Assembly (NCBI GenBank): GCA_965644315.1
Contig: CBFFRQ010000064.1
Span: forward strand, 1 to 64,000
Source: Caecitellus pseudoparvulus
Taxonomy: Eukaryota; Protista; Bigyra: Bicosoecida
Length of the DNA: 64,000 nt
Direction: 5' to 3'
The notes below the pieces were generated by a model that saw nothing but the letters and a program-made list of their open reading frames with translations, was not told the origin of the DNA and ran no database searches. This document shows positions 19,746-32,873 of the stretch, one piece after another; the first letter of the stretch is position 1; each line of letters opens with the position of its first letter. The translations under genes and the position numbers were made by a program.

Positions 19746-19916
19746 GTGTGACTCTGGCTCCTTGGTGCTGCTGTTGCCCAGCCTCTCACGCAACGCGAAC
19801 GGGGCCTCCGCCCGGCAAGAGGCCAGCAAGCACACTTCGGTGTCTGCCTGCATGCTGGCCAACAGTTCTCCAGCATGGTGTGAATTGTTGCACGGGTGCT
19901 GTGCTTCTGGCGGGCT

Positions 19917-21431
19917 TCACGAGGACTTGGCGTGAGCCTCGCAGAACGCAGCAATGCGCTTCACAGCTTCCTCCAGCTTGGCCTTGGGGGCTGAGAAGAC
20001 CACACGAGCATAGTTGGGCATGCCGAAGCAAGCACCGGGCAGCATGAAGACGCTCTGCTCGGTCAACAGCTTCTGGCAGAAGTCCTGGTCGTCCACGACA
20101 CCATCCAGCGCAGCAACGTCGATGCCGATCATAACGTACATGGCACCTTGGGGCACGATGGGAGTGATGCCGGGTACGGCTGCCAAGCCGTCTGCCACCA
20201 CCTGCGCGTTGGCATGCAGCTGCTCCATGACCTCCGCCTTGAACGTAGCCAAGGCTGCTTCGTCGGGTGAGCCGGCGGGCGGCGTCAGGAGGCTGGGCAG
20301 CGCAGACTGGATGAGGCTGTTGGCGCCCAAGATCAGCTGGCTCATGCGGAAGAGCGCCTCCCGCACCTCCCCCAGCAGCCCTTGCTGGTCGTGCACCATC
20401 ACCCACCCCACTCGCCACCCTGGCACCAGGAACTGCTTGGCAATGCCTCCTGTCGCCAGCACTGGCACCGTGCTCGTGAGGCTGGCAATGGGGTGGAAGG
20501 TGTGGCCTGGGAAGGTCATGTCCCCGTAGATTTCGTCTGCGATGATGGGCACCTTGTGCTTGTCTGCGATGGCCAGGATGGCCTGCAGGTGCTCCTTGCT
20601 GAACACGCTGCCGCAGGGGTTGGAGGGGTTGTTCACCAGGATGGCGCCGACGGACGGGTCCATCACAGACTCCAAGTGCTCCAGGTCGATCTCCCAGCTC
20701 TTGGCGGGGTCCAGGTTGTAGTACTCCACGTCGATGCACTTGCTGGCCGCCAGCGTCGCGTACAGGGGAAACCCAGGGCGCGGCAGCAACAGCTTTTGGC
20801 CAGGGGACAGCAAGACGCCAATGGCAAAGTCCAGGGCCCCGGAGCAGCCGCAGGTGATGACGACGTCCTCCGCAGTGAGCGGGCTGGTGGCCGTGCCGTA
20901 CCGGGCGGCAACTGCTGCCCTGGCTGCTGGCGGCCCAGCAGAGTGCACGTAGCCGTTGTGCTTGAAGGACCTGGGAGTGGGAGGGTGGAGCAGGCGTGCA
21001 GCGCAGTGCATATGAAGGTGCAGCGTAAGGGGGCAGGTGGCGGTTGCAGGGAGGTGGCGGCTGGACGCACAGGAGATTCTCCTGCAGCTTGTCCACAAAG
21101 TACTGAGGCGTCTTGAAATTCCCAAAGACGGTGGGGTCACCTGTGCAGGCGTGAAGTGGCCAGTGCAAGGTGCAGCTCTGCTAACCTCCTGGCAGCGCCG
21201 TACCGAGCGACAGTGGAATGAGCTCCTTGTCGGGGTCATCCGGTTTCTTGATGTTGTCCACGATGGCACGAATGGGGTTGTGCACTCGCTTGGAGAAAGC
21301 AGATGGTTCGATGTGCCATGTCTTGCGACGCTTGGCAGCTGCGCAGGCCCGAACAGTGCGTGAGAGGCAGTCGGGTGCTCAGGTGCAGTGCACCACGTAC
21401 CTGACGGCGCGGTGGAGTCTGCTGCCGCCAT
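19917..21431 (-). CDS. TAT: Tyrosine aminotransferase (class I PLP), 3 introns
   Basis: Spliced N-terminus ..NPIRAIVDN..IPLSLGDPTVFGNF, followed by NNPSNPCGSV, IIADEIYGDM and GGIAKQFLVPGWRVGW. Confidence 0.92.
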   Translation of the reverse strand: MAAADSTAPSGTWCTAPEHPTASHALFGPAQLPSVARHGTSNHLLSPSECTTPFVPSWTTSRNRMTPTRSSFHCRSVRRCQEVSRAAPCTGHFTPAQVTPPSLGISRRLSTLWTSCRRISCASSRHLPATATCPLTLHLHMHCAARLLHPPTPRSFKHNGYVHSAGPPAARAAVAARYGTATSPLTAEDVVITCGCSGALDFAIGVLLSPGQKLLLPRPGFPLYATLAASKCIDVEYYNLDPAKSWEIDLEHLESVMDPSVGAILVNNPSNPCGSVFSKEHLQAILAIADKHKVPIIADEIYGDMTFPGHTFHPIASLTSTVPVLATGGIAKQFLVPGWRVGWVMVHDQQGLLGEVREALFRMSQLILGANSLIQSALPSLLTPPAGSPDEAALATFKAEVMEQLHANAQVVADGLAAVPGITPIVPQGAMYVMIGIDVAALDGVVDDQDFCQKLLTEQSVFMLPGACFGMPNYARVVFSAPKAKLEEAVKRIAAFCEAHAKSS

Positions 21432-21930
21432 GGTCAGTGGGCGCACTGTGATTTCAGGTAAGAGGGATCTGTGGTACTTGCGCAAGGAAATGCTTTGGTC
21501 GTGGGTCTGGTGCATGCAAAGGCAGTCTAGTCAGGCAAGCCTTCCAGTCTGGCATGGTCCATGGGCGAGACGCAGGCGAAGCACTGAACGTACAGGGCTA
21601 GGGGCGGAAGCCTAGAGAGCTACGTACACTGCGCATGTGTGTGGAATCAAGACAGGCGTTGAAAGTGTGGCGCCGGTCCTCCTGCTCCAGAGGGCAGCCT
21701 CTGCTTCAAGGCCGTACTCCAGCGCTGCTGGGAGACACCGCAGCTAACGCAAGACACTTTGAAAGCCAGCTCAGAAACCACACCAGGCCGTTTGTTACCC
21801 ATGCATGGTAGCAGGACGACTGGTTTCTAGGCTACCGCAGCGCTGATGCCTTCAGTGGGCGTGCCGCTTAGCTTGCTCCGCGTTTCAGCGTTTCAGGGCT
21901 AGCACTGGCTGCCGGCCGCAAGCCAGAAGC

Positions 21931-24900
21931 ATGGCTGCCCACGGGCATGGTGCAGGCGCAGCTGGGTTCTGGCCGATAGTGACGCACATGCGGCCTGTGA
22001 CAGACGAGGAGTTGGGGCCAGAGCGCCTTGCACGGAGGCAGGCCGTGTGGGAGTGGTTCTGCTCCGAGCCGCCGGCACGCCGGGCCGAGGTGCGGCACTA
22101 CAAGCAGCTCGCAGGGCTCCCAGCGCCTTGGCCAGCACTGCAATGCCACCCCGCTCGTACACCACAGATTTGCACCATCAATGACGCTCAGTGGGTGGCC
22201 TGGCTCCTGCGGCTGTTCACTCAGGAGGGCAGGCGCCGCGCTGGTACGTGTGGCTGGAGCCTGGCGTAGTGGCAGCCAGCCCGCCACAACTGCAGCACAC
22301 GACACACGCCCCTGCGCGCGCCACAGGTCTGTACGTGATCTTGGATGACAAGGCCCTGCGTGGCAGCGCCTCGGCGCCTGCACAGCTTGCCCCGCGGCGG
22401 CGGCGGCGGAGGTCCAACTCCACCGGCGCCCGGCAAGGCGACGCCAGCCCTGGCGTGCTGTTCCGGTCCTGGTCAGCACTGAAGGAGACGTGCGGGGAGG
22501 ACGCGGGCATCCTGGGTGACCCTGACTTCATCCCTGCCTGCCAGGAGCTGTTGGCCGCCACGCGCGTGTGCGACAGCACCACCCTGCGGGACACCCTCAC
22601 CCTGGAGAGCAAGCTGATCCTGGAGACGGGGCGCCTGCTGACCCTGTGTCGCCACGCATCGCTGGGGCAGTTCCTCACACACGCCCCCCCCGCCCAGGAC
22701 CTGCACGTGTCCATCCTCGGCTCCATGCCGTGGCTGGGCGACGTGGGCGCCTTCGCCCTGGCCACTGCCGTGGTGGCGCGCCTGGACAGCTGCCTGCAGG
22801 CAGCCTTTGCCTCTGCCGCCAAGACGCCGCCGCCCCGTGCGCCGGCGGCCGCACACACACACACACCTCCCTGTGTCCCCGACGCCTCTGCCACTGCCGC
22901 CGTGCGCCACGCCGTGGCAGGCATTGCCCTGCGTAGCAAGACACACCTGGCCGACTACTGGGACAAGCTGCCGCTGAAGGAACGCAGGCGACTGCTGAGT
23001 GGCAAGGACTCCTCTGGGTTGCTGGGGGCGGGCTCCCGCCGGCGGCATGGGCGGCACCGGGCTCGCGTCATGCAGGTGGCCACCGCCCTGCCCACGCCGC
23101 ACGAGGCTGAGGGCAACGAGACGGACGGCGAGGGGTCGGGAGACGTGCCGGCGCCGCCGCCCACACCCACTGCCCTGCCAGCCCGGGCGCCGTCAGGGGC
23201 ATCTGCCCCCCCTGGCTCCCAGGGCGCAGCCACGGCATCCGTGTGCCACAGCAGCAACTTGAGCGGTGTGGGGGGGTGGGAGGCGCCAGGCGGTGACATG
23301 GGGGACGGCGCCAGCGAGGACGGCGCCAGCGTGCACAGCCACGCCGAGCCGGGTCTGCGTGCCGCCCTGCGCACGTGCTCTGGCAGCGAAGTCGTCACGC
23401 GCCTGTTCCTGTGCCCGCTGACGCTGGTGGAGAGTCCCGAGGACCGCGAGTGCCGCGTGCTGGGGCACCTGCTGCAGAGCTGGTGGGCTGAGAAGCACGC
23501 CATGGACCTCATCATCGCCGAGGGCGCAGCGGGGGCGACTGGCAACGGCAAGGCCAAGCGCAAGAAGCAGCGGCGGGGGCGGCGGCACACTGCGGGCAAC
23601 TTAGTGCCCTTGCGGCAGGCGCCGCCGCCGGCTGTCGCTGCCCCTGCGCCAGGGGATGCGGGAACCGCCTCCAGCTCCTCGGAGGAAGACGGTGAAGAGG
23701 GTGGCCATGCCAGCGTGCCGAGCCCGACAGCTGTACCAGCTGCACAAGGCCCCATGGTGGTGGCGGCGCCCAGCCAACCAGATGACGGAGAGGGTGGGTG
23801 GGCCACCGTGCCGCCCAGCGGCCGCCACACGCCCTCTGCGCCTGCCAGCCCCTCCCACGCCAGCGCGCCCCCCGCCACCCCCACCTGTGTCAGCGTCGGC
23901 ACCAACACGGAAGGCGGCCCCGTGAACACGCGTACATTCCAGTTCAACATCGGCCCCACGGGGGCAGCTGGGCAGGCGCTGGCCGCCACGCCGCTGTCCT
24001 CTCGCGCCACCTCAGTCGCCAGCACGGAGTTCCCGCCGACGCCCCCTGCAGGACCCGACGGCCCAGCACCACCCCCGTTGCCGACGGCGCAGGGCGGGCC
24101 GTCGCCCTTCCTGCCCCTGGCAGCCACCGTGTCCCCGGACACCGGCGCGCCACTGTGGCTGGAAGCACGCCTGCACATGGAGCTGCTGGAGTTCCAGCAG
24201 TGGTGCATCGAGGAGGCTCAGGCGCGGCGGGATGCCGAGTTGCTGCTGGTGTGGCACGTCACGCGCAAGGTGCAAGAGTGCATTCCGTCCTCTGTGGTGG
24301 ACCTGTTCGGCTCCTTTGTCACGGGGCTGGCCATTCCCTCCTCTGACGTGGACGTGCGTGTGTCAGCGCCGGCCCACCTGCACCCCATGACCAACCCCAC
24401 CTTCACACAGCAGTTCCATGCCCTCACCGCCGCCCTGCGACGGGAACGCTTCATCACCAGCATCCAGGCCGTGCCCACTGCCCAAGTGCCCGTCATCAAG
24501 CTGGTGGCTGACCCAGAGCGTGTCGCGGAGGCAGGCGGCAGCACCTCTCCGCGGAAAGGCCAGGAGGTGGGCAGCGCCACCCCCACCACCACTGCCACCT
24601 CACCTGATGAGGCTGTCCAGCGCAGCATCTGCATGGACATCACCTTCAACACGCCCGCGCACAGGGGCCGCCGCACGACGGACCTGGCGGGCAAACTCCT
24701 GAACACCAACCCCCCCCTGGCCCCCCTCGTGCTGCTGCTGAAACAGCTCACCGCAGGGCAGGGTCTCAACGACGCCTTCACGGGCGGCGTTTCCTCCTAC
24801 TGTACCTTGCTTATGGTGCAGTGCTTCTTGCAGACACGCATGCAGCACCTGGTCTGGTGCACGCCAGCAGCGCCCCCCCTGCCCCTGTACACTGGGCCCA

Positions 24901-25898
24901 TCGCCCACCGAGGCAGTGCGTACTCCCACGCGGCCCTGCAGCAGCTACGCCCCGTGCCGCTGGACCGCCTGGGCGTCGTGCGCACCACTGCCCTGCTGCA
25001 CGGCCAAGGTAACGACACGCCCGGCCTGTGGGCGGCGCAGCGCCCCAGCGCGCCGTCACCCGCGCCCCCAGCCGCTGCCTCCAGCACCTCCACACCCCCG
25101 CGCCCCCACGCTGTCCCTGTCGGCGGGCGTGAGCGTTCCTCCAGCTGGGGCGACACGCTGGGCGACGCCATGCCGCGCAAGGCCTCCCTGAGCAAAGTGG
25201 CGGCGGTGCAGCCTCACTATGGCGCCAGTGGCGGGACAGCTGCACCCCAGTTCATACCCTACCCCCACCCTGGCCCGGCGCCAGTGCCTTCAGGCAGCTC
25301 AGGGACAGGGGGAGCAGCTGCACCCTCCGGCAAGGGCGCCGGCGTGGAGGCCAGCATCCAGACCCTGCCGCCGTCCCAGCCCCTGCTGGGGCGCCTGGCC
25401 CTCATGCTGCTGCAGTTCCTGGGCGCGCACTTGGAGCCCCGCACCATGGGCTTGCACGTGCGGTGGGGCAAGCTGGTGCCCATAGCCCAGAGCATGGACC
25501 CGGTGTGGGTGCCCGACCCCTACGACACCAGCGACAACACCAACGTGGGCCGGAATGCCTTCCGCTTCCCCCAGGTGCAGGCCCTCCTGCGCCACGCCGT
25601 GCACACGCTGTGCTCCTGTGAACAGCGGGAGCTGCCGGAGCTGGGCCAGTGGATGCAGGGGCTGCCTGCTGTGCGGGCCCAGCTGCATGCGTGGCGTGTG
25701 GCGGTGCGCGGGGACAAGCGGGCTCCCCTGGCCACGGGGCCTGCTCCGCCCCAGGCAGAGGAAGAGCAGGAGATGAACGTCCCTGCCACACGCTCAGAGT
25801 ACATGCGCCTCATCGCTGCGCGCTTCCCCCTCCTGCACCGAGTGCTGCGCTTCGACGTGGGCCAGTGGGCAGACGCGCCGGCCACGGCAGGTCATTGA
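21931..25898 (+). CDS. Non-canonical poly(A) polymerase / terminal nucleotidyltransferase (TRF4/PAPD5-like) with long N-terminal extension
   Basis: LFGSFVTGLAIPSSDVDV, VPVIKL, MDITFN, GLNDAFTGGVSSY and PDPYD..NVGRNAFRFPQV. Two 5' introns link ATG 21931 to the long ORF, so the start is inferred. Confidence 0.85.
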
Positions 25899-26052
25899 CT
25901 GCAGCACGCCGCATGGCGAGTCAATTTCGGTCCGCCCGCGTACCTTACGTTTGCCTATACTTCATTGTGTCCTGCCTGCACCAGGGGCGCGCCCCAGGCT
26001 GCCGCAATTCAACGCCAAGGTGTGCGGGTGCCAGTGAAGAGCAGCAGCCACC

Positions 26053-26731
26053 ATGCCGACGACGCAGCGCCAGCCGCTCACGAGAGACGCCAAGCACTAC
26101 CCGCCCAGCAACCCCGAGTTCCTCCTCCAAGGCCACTGGCTAGTGGACCACAAGCACTCCGACTCCCTGCGCAAGCACTTGCAGGCCATGGTGCGGTGCC
26201 TGAAACGTGCTCGAAACGCCGATGACCTGCCCCTCCCACGCCATCCCCCCGCCTGCCCTTGCGCAGGGTGTCAGCGAAATGGCATGTGTCGCGGGGGATA
26301 AGCTTGTCATCAGCATGATCATGCAGTTGACGAGCCAGGGACTCGAGTGCACACAGGTCAGCCAGCTAGGCACCAAGGTGTGTGCAGCGCCGGGTCCACG
26401 CGCTGCGGCTGGGCACTCCGCCCGCCCCCGCCCCATGCAGTCCCGCACCCTGCCTCCATCGTCGCCCATCGTGGAGACCCAGAAGAGTGGCAGCGCCGTG
26501 CAGTTCCTGTTGCAGAGCGCGCAGAGCGCCAGTGTGACGCTGCACATCGCCGGGCCAGGCTTCAACATCGTGGAGGACCGCAGCCTGAAGGAGGGGGACC
26601 AGGACACCCTCGTACAGAAGCTTGTCCTGCAGAAGCCGGGGGAGGATGCCTTGGTCACGACCAGGTACTTCCTGCGCCAGCACAAGCCGCCGCCGCCGCC
26701 GCCCGAGACTGCCGGCAGAGCTGCCGTTTGA
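26053..26731 (+). CDS. Fatty-acid-binding-protein (calycin)-like small protein, 2 introns
   Basis: Spliced product has GHWLVDHKHSDSLRKHLQAM|GVSEMA (GxW..S...L.AMGV pattern) and C-terminal TTRYFLR. First intron 26191-26266. Confidence 0.6.
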
Positions 26732-27024
26732 CGCCTGGCGGCAAGCGAATCCTGCACGGCACGCTGCAGGGGGTGGTGAGGAGGGTCGCCTGGTCTCACT
26801 CAGTGTGCACGAGGGGGCTGTGAAGGCAGCTGGAGGGGGGGGGGGCACTGGTGCTTGCTGGCTCCCGTCAGCGCTGGACGCAGGTAGCCGCTGGCTTCAA
26901 AAATGCAATCCCGAGTCAGACAAGGCTGAGCGCCATCCAGACAGACGTCCATGTGCCCAGCCACGCACCCCACCCCCTCCTGACCGCGCACGACGCTCCG
27001 CCGAGCCACACTCCTGGCACCGCC

Positions 27025-28406
<1,382 letters not shown>

Positions 28407-28440
28407 GCTGCTCCCTGCGTGCTGCCTTTGTCTCACAATG

Positions 28441-29580
28441 CTACCCCTCGCTACCACCCCCCCACGCCACTCGCCGCTCACCACCACTGCTTGACTTGCT
28501 CCGCAGGGTGCCCCCCACGCCTGCCTCCTCTGGCACCAGTGCACCGCTTGCCAACACCACCCCCGTCACAGGCGTGCTGTCCTTGGGGCGTGCTGCACGT
28601 GCAGCCCGCGCAGCCGCTGCGACATGCTGTGGCGTCGGTGGTGGCGCCGGTACAGGCATGCCCCGCCCCACACTGACCTGCACCCGAGTCGAGGCAGGCC
28701 GCTCCATGCCTGGGCCCCCCGTCGCGTAGTACCACTCGCCCACTTTGAAGGCGCCCAGGAGCAGCAGGCCTGCCCAGCGCAGCAGAGACAGCGCCCCCGC
28801 CACTGCACGCAGTCGGGATGGCTGGCCGTGGGGGTCGCTGGCTGGCTTCCGCGTGAGGCCCACGCCCAGCAGGGCCAACTGCAGAGTGGGGTACGTCCAG
28901 GCACTGCCCAAGTACCCCAGCAGGCACACCACGTCGGCGCCTGCGAGCAGGGCGGAGGCAGCGGCGGCGCCTCGGGCCAGCGTGCCAGCGTGCCCCTCCC
29001 GCTCCACCAGCTCTCGGGACCCACCCCACCTGCGCAACTTACACTTTGCATAAGCACAACCGACCTGCTTCCGGGAAGGAGGGGGGGCGTTTGGCGGTGG
29101 GTCGCTGCGGCAGGCACGCTACACGCACAGCCATGAGGATGGACGGCCCTGCTGCCGCCCAAGAACCTTCCCGGGACCCTCCTCGGAGAGGGAAGCGTCT
29201 CAATCCATGCAGTGCCTCGGACATCGTGCCGCCTGTGGCAGGTTCGCGAGGAATCCTCTGTGAGCGCCGACTCACACCAGGACAAAACCAGCGCTCAGGC
29301 GCTTACCAGAGGTCAATAGTGCCTGCAAGTGCACACTGCCCAGCGCGAGGACAAAGGCTTCGTCGCGCCATCTAGACAGTACCTGACTGCCTGGTAGCTG
29401 GCTGGAGCAAAGCTGTGCGTGGAGTGTGCGTGCTGCGGTGAGGAGGGGCAGGCAAAGACTCTGAGTTTCGCTGGCGTTTCGCACCGCTTCCCAAAAGTAC
29501 TCGAAAGCAGGCTCCAGAGCGCCCTCGACCTGAACCAAGCTCATGATCTCGTACACATTGGGGCGTGAAGCCGCGCTCAT
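28441..29580 (-). CDS. PEX12: PEX12-like peroxin with degenerate (Cys-less) C-terminal RING region, intron-containing
   Basis: RPNVYEIMS..LEPAFEY, RWRDEAF, SEALHGLRR, FKVGEWYY, PVPAPPP and VLASG match the recalled Pex2/Pex12 N-terminal motif order. Exon structure only partly resolved. Confidence 0.65.
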
Positions 29581-29778
29581 GGCTGCCTGGCTCCCCACTG
29601 CACACCTGTGCTCCCAAGGACTCAACGGGCGCTGGCTCGCTGCTTGCTTGGCCTGTCCCTTCCTTGACAGGCTGGCAATTGCCTTGGTGTTGAGGCAATG
29701 CTGCGAGGTGGCAATGTAAAGACGGCTCAGCCTTGCCGTGACTGGTGGCAGGCCGTTGGGTTTGATTCTGCGTCAACG

Positions 29779-32700
29779 ATGTTTCTGGGGGGCAAAAAAG
29801 GCAGCGACCCGTCGCGGTTTGCGGAGCGGCCCAAAACCCAAGACAAGCTGAGCTTTGTCACAGCCTTTCGCAGGTGATCCCATACCCTTTCATAGCCCTA
29901 CGGAGCTGGTCAAGTTGGAATTGTGCAGACGCAGCTTCGTGGGACTGCCGCTCAGCTGCGGCGGTGCTGAGACTTCCCAGGCATAAAATGCTCTTTGGAG
30001 CATCGCCGTACTTCGAGCAAGTGCTAGAGTCGTGGTACAAGCTGTGGTCACAGAAGGGAGCAGGCATGAAGGGCCAGACGGTGGCCCTGGAGCGGCCACC
30101 TACCGTTGCGCGGATTTTGAGTGCAGGCAGCTGCGGGAGTACGTTGACTCCACAGCTAGAACTGGACGACGATGAAGCAGACTTTGTGGGGATTTCAAGG
30201 GGGGGCACATCAACGCCTACTGATCCCAATGATGAGGAGCGTGAAGAAATGGAAGCTCTGCAGTTGTCCATGTCCTCTGGCTCGGCGCTGATTCTGGTGT
30301 CGCCGCTGGCGCCGACGTGGGCGGAGTCCTCCGCAGCTGCGCGGCAGACAGTGGCCCAGAGTGGCTTGAAAGTCGTGAGTGGTCGCACAAGGGCACACGC
30401 CCTGGCATGGATCAGGCGGCCCTTCCTCTCGAGTCACAGGCCTGGGGGTTCTACTGTCGCCTGCTCTCGGCCGAGCAGCAGTACACTCGTCAAGCTCTCA
30501 CGGCTGCCCAAACGCGGCACGCCTCGTCCACCATGTCATTCGAGGAGCTGTACTTCATGCTGCGAGATTTCCGCGTGGTGCCAGAGCTACTGGACAAGCA
30601 GCAGCTGGAATGGATATATCTGCGCCTCTCATGGTCTTGGAAGAAGGATGGCCAGGAGCCGGCCCAGGCTGGTGCTGGTGCAGCACACGCTGCTCTTGCC
30701 ACTGATGGCCTTACCTTCTCAGGCCTCTGTGAAGCCCTGGCTCGGGTGTCTTTGTTTGTCGTTCACAGCGAGGAATCACAGGAGCGGCTGCGGGAGCACC
30801 TGGCTTGCTTTCCACGTGAGCACTTCCCATGCTCCCCTGCGCTGGCTGCCGTGTACGCGTTGGTCTCGTACATGCAGTTGCATGACTCAGTAGCTGTGCA
30901 GCAGCTCATCAAAGTGCGGGGGCGGGAAACCAAGGACTTCATTACGAGTTCCTGTGGGAATCTAGAGCTGCAAGACGCCAGGTTGGGCGCGGTGCCGGTC
31001 GGCGAGTCGACGCTGCGTGGGCGGTGGCGGGGCAGAGCGCACAGAGTCTTCATGCGGCAACAGGCGGCTGCCGAGAAGCAGAAGATCCTCGGGCTGGCCA
31101 AGCTGGACCAAACTGAGCAAATGCTGTTCAAGAGCATGGTGTCCACTGGCCGCTGGCCGGAGGCGCAAGTTGAGGATGCCATCGCCCAGCGCGAGTCCAC
31201 GCTGAAGCATGCCAGCAAAGGCGACCTCAGGCGGAGGGCCCCTCCAAAGCCCTTCACTGTGGCTGCAGGGCCCGTGACGCTTGTGGAGGCTATGCAAAGA
31301 GTGTCCCAAGGCCATGGCCATCCCCGCAGTGCGGGCATGCGTGGCCTGCGCTTCGCAAGGCCGTCCACGGCGCCAAGCAAGGCACCGTATTCCTCGTCGC
31401 TGCGCCTGCTTCGGAGCGGCCAGCAAGGCAAGGGGCCGGGCCGCGCGCCTCAGAAACATGCAGCACGGAGTGCAGCACAAGGTGACAGCCTTGCAAGTGT
31501 GGCTCAGGAGCTTATTCCAGGCAGTGCTGACCTGCCGCTCACATCCGCGTTGGCGGGTGCCTTCCGCAGCCAGCAACGGCAGCGCATCCGCATGCCAGGT
31601 GCTCCTCCAACGGGCACAGGAGGCAACGGCCGTCGGGCTCGCGCCTCAGGCGTCTCCGTCCTCATGCGGCGCCTGGACCCAGAGGACGCCTGTCTTGAGC
31701 TGTACTCCGACAACCTGCGCGCGGAGCTGGAAGCTCTGGGTGCGGCGGTCCCAGATCACACTGGACGAGTGTCAGTTCAAGGGCGACCTTTCCCGCGCTC
31801 CCCAGCAGAGGGTGGCGATGCTGTAGCTTCGGCTGCCCAGAGTGTAGCGCAGCACAGTACTCACGGCGGCGGTGGCTCCAGCACAGCCCACCAGCGCAAC
31901 AGTGCGTCGCCGAGGTCCAGCACGCACCAGACCACGCTAGGACTTGACATGCCGGCGTGGCGAGCGCTTCCAACGCTGTGTTTCGCGTGTGGCCAAGTCG
32001 GTGCTGGCATTCCCTGCCGCTACAAACTCGCCATCACCAATATAAGCTCAGTCCTTGTGCAATTTGAGGCACAGTGGAGCGGCCCACCCTGCGTGGCGCT
32101 CAAGTTCGCCAGTCGACCCATCGCGCCAGGGCTGCGGGAAGATGTAGACATCCTCCTCCGTTCAGCAGCTCCAGGGGCAGTGTCAGGTCATATCCACATC
32201 ACTGCTCGCTGCTCCCGTGGGGAGGGGACAGTGCAGCGCGTCCGGGTGCCCCTGCGTGCCACAGTCACCTCCCCCTCCTCGCTGCAGTACCAGTGGCAAG
32301 TGATGCACCACAAGCTGACCCCATCGCCACAGGCTGCAGCACAGCTGAGCGTCTTCCCTGGGCAGGCAAGCACCAGCGGAGGCAACGCAGGCAGGCGCGC
32401 AGTGGATGTGCCGCCTCCGTTCTCCAGTGCGGGGTCACCCCTGCACCCGGTCTCAGCAAGAGCTGCTGCACTTGTGGCCCAGCAGGGTGAGCCTGGCGCT
32501 GATCCTCAGACGCGCGTGCATGGCGAGGATTCTTCAGTGCTGCGACCAGGCGTACTGAGCCTGCAGCAGCGTGTGGAGGCGATGCAAGCGAGCGCCAGTG
32601 CCAAGCAGCGCATCGTGGGGCAGCTCCGGTCTCACGCGCTGCAGCAATCGAGCGCACTGCATGGACTCGGCGTGGCAGGGAGCCTGTTCCGCAGCATGGA

Positions 32701-32839
32701 GGCTTTTGCGCCGGATGGCATTCTCAGCGGGCACCACGCCGGCACGTCTCTGCAGCGCCGACTGCACAGCCTTCACGCCAGCAGACCGCGAAGCGCTGCA
32801 CCCCTGCGCAGCATTGGAGCCCTAGGCAAGGCTCTCTGA
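29779..32839 (+). CDS. Putative ciliary protein with EF-hand-like helical region and ASH/PapD-like Ig domain
   Basis: ATG 29779, intron 29874-29980, and a second unresolved intron near 30240-30350. MSFEELYFMLRDFRVVPELL..LTFSGLCEALARV; FACGQV..YKLAITNIS..IAPGLREDVDILL. Confidence 0.5.
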
Positions 32840-32873
32840 TGAGGCACCCAACCCACTGGGTCTGAATGCATTG

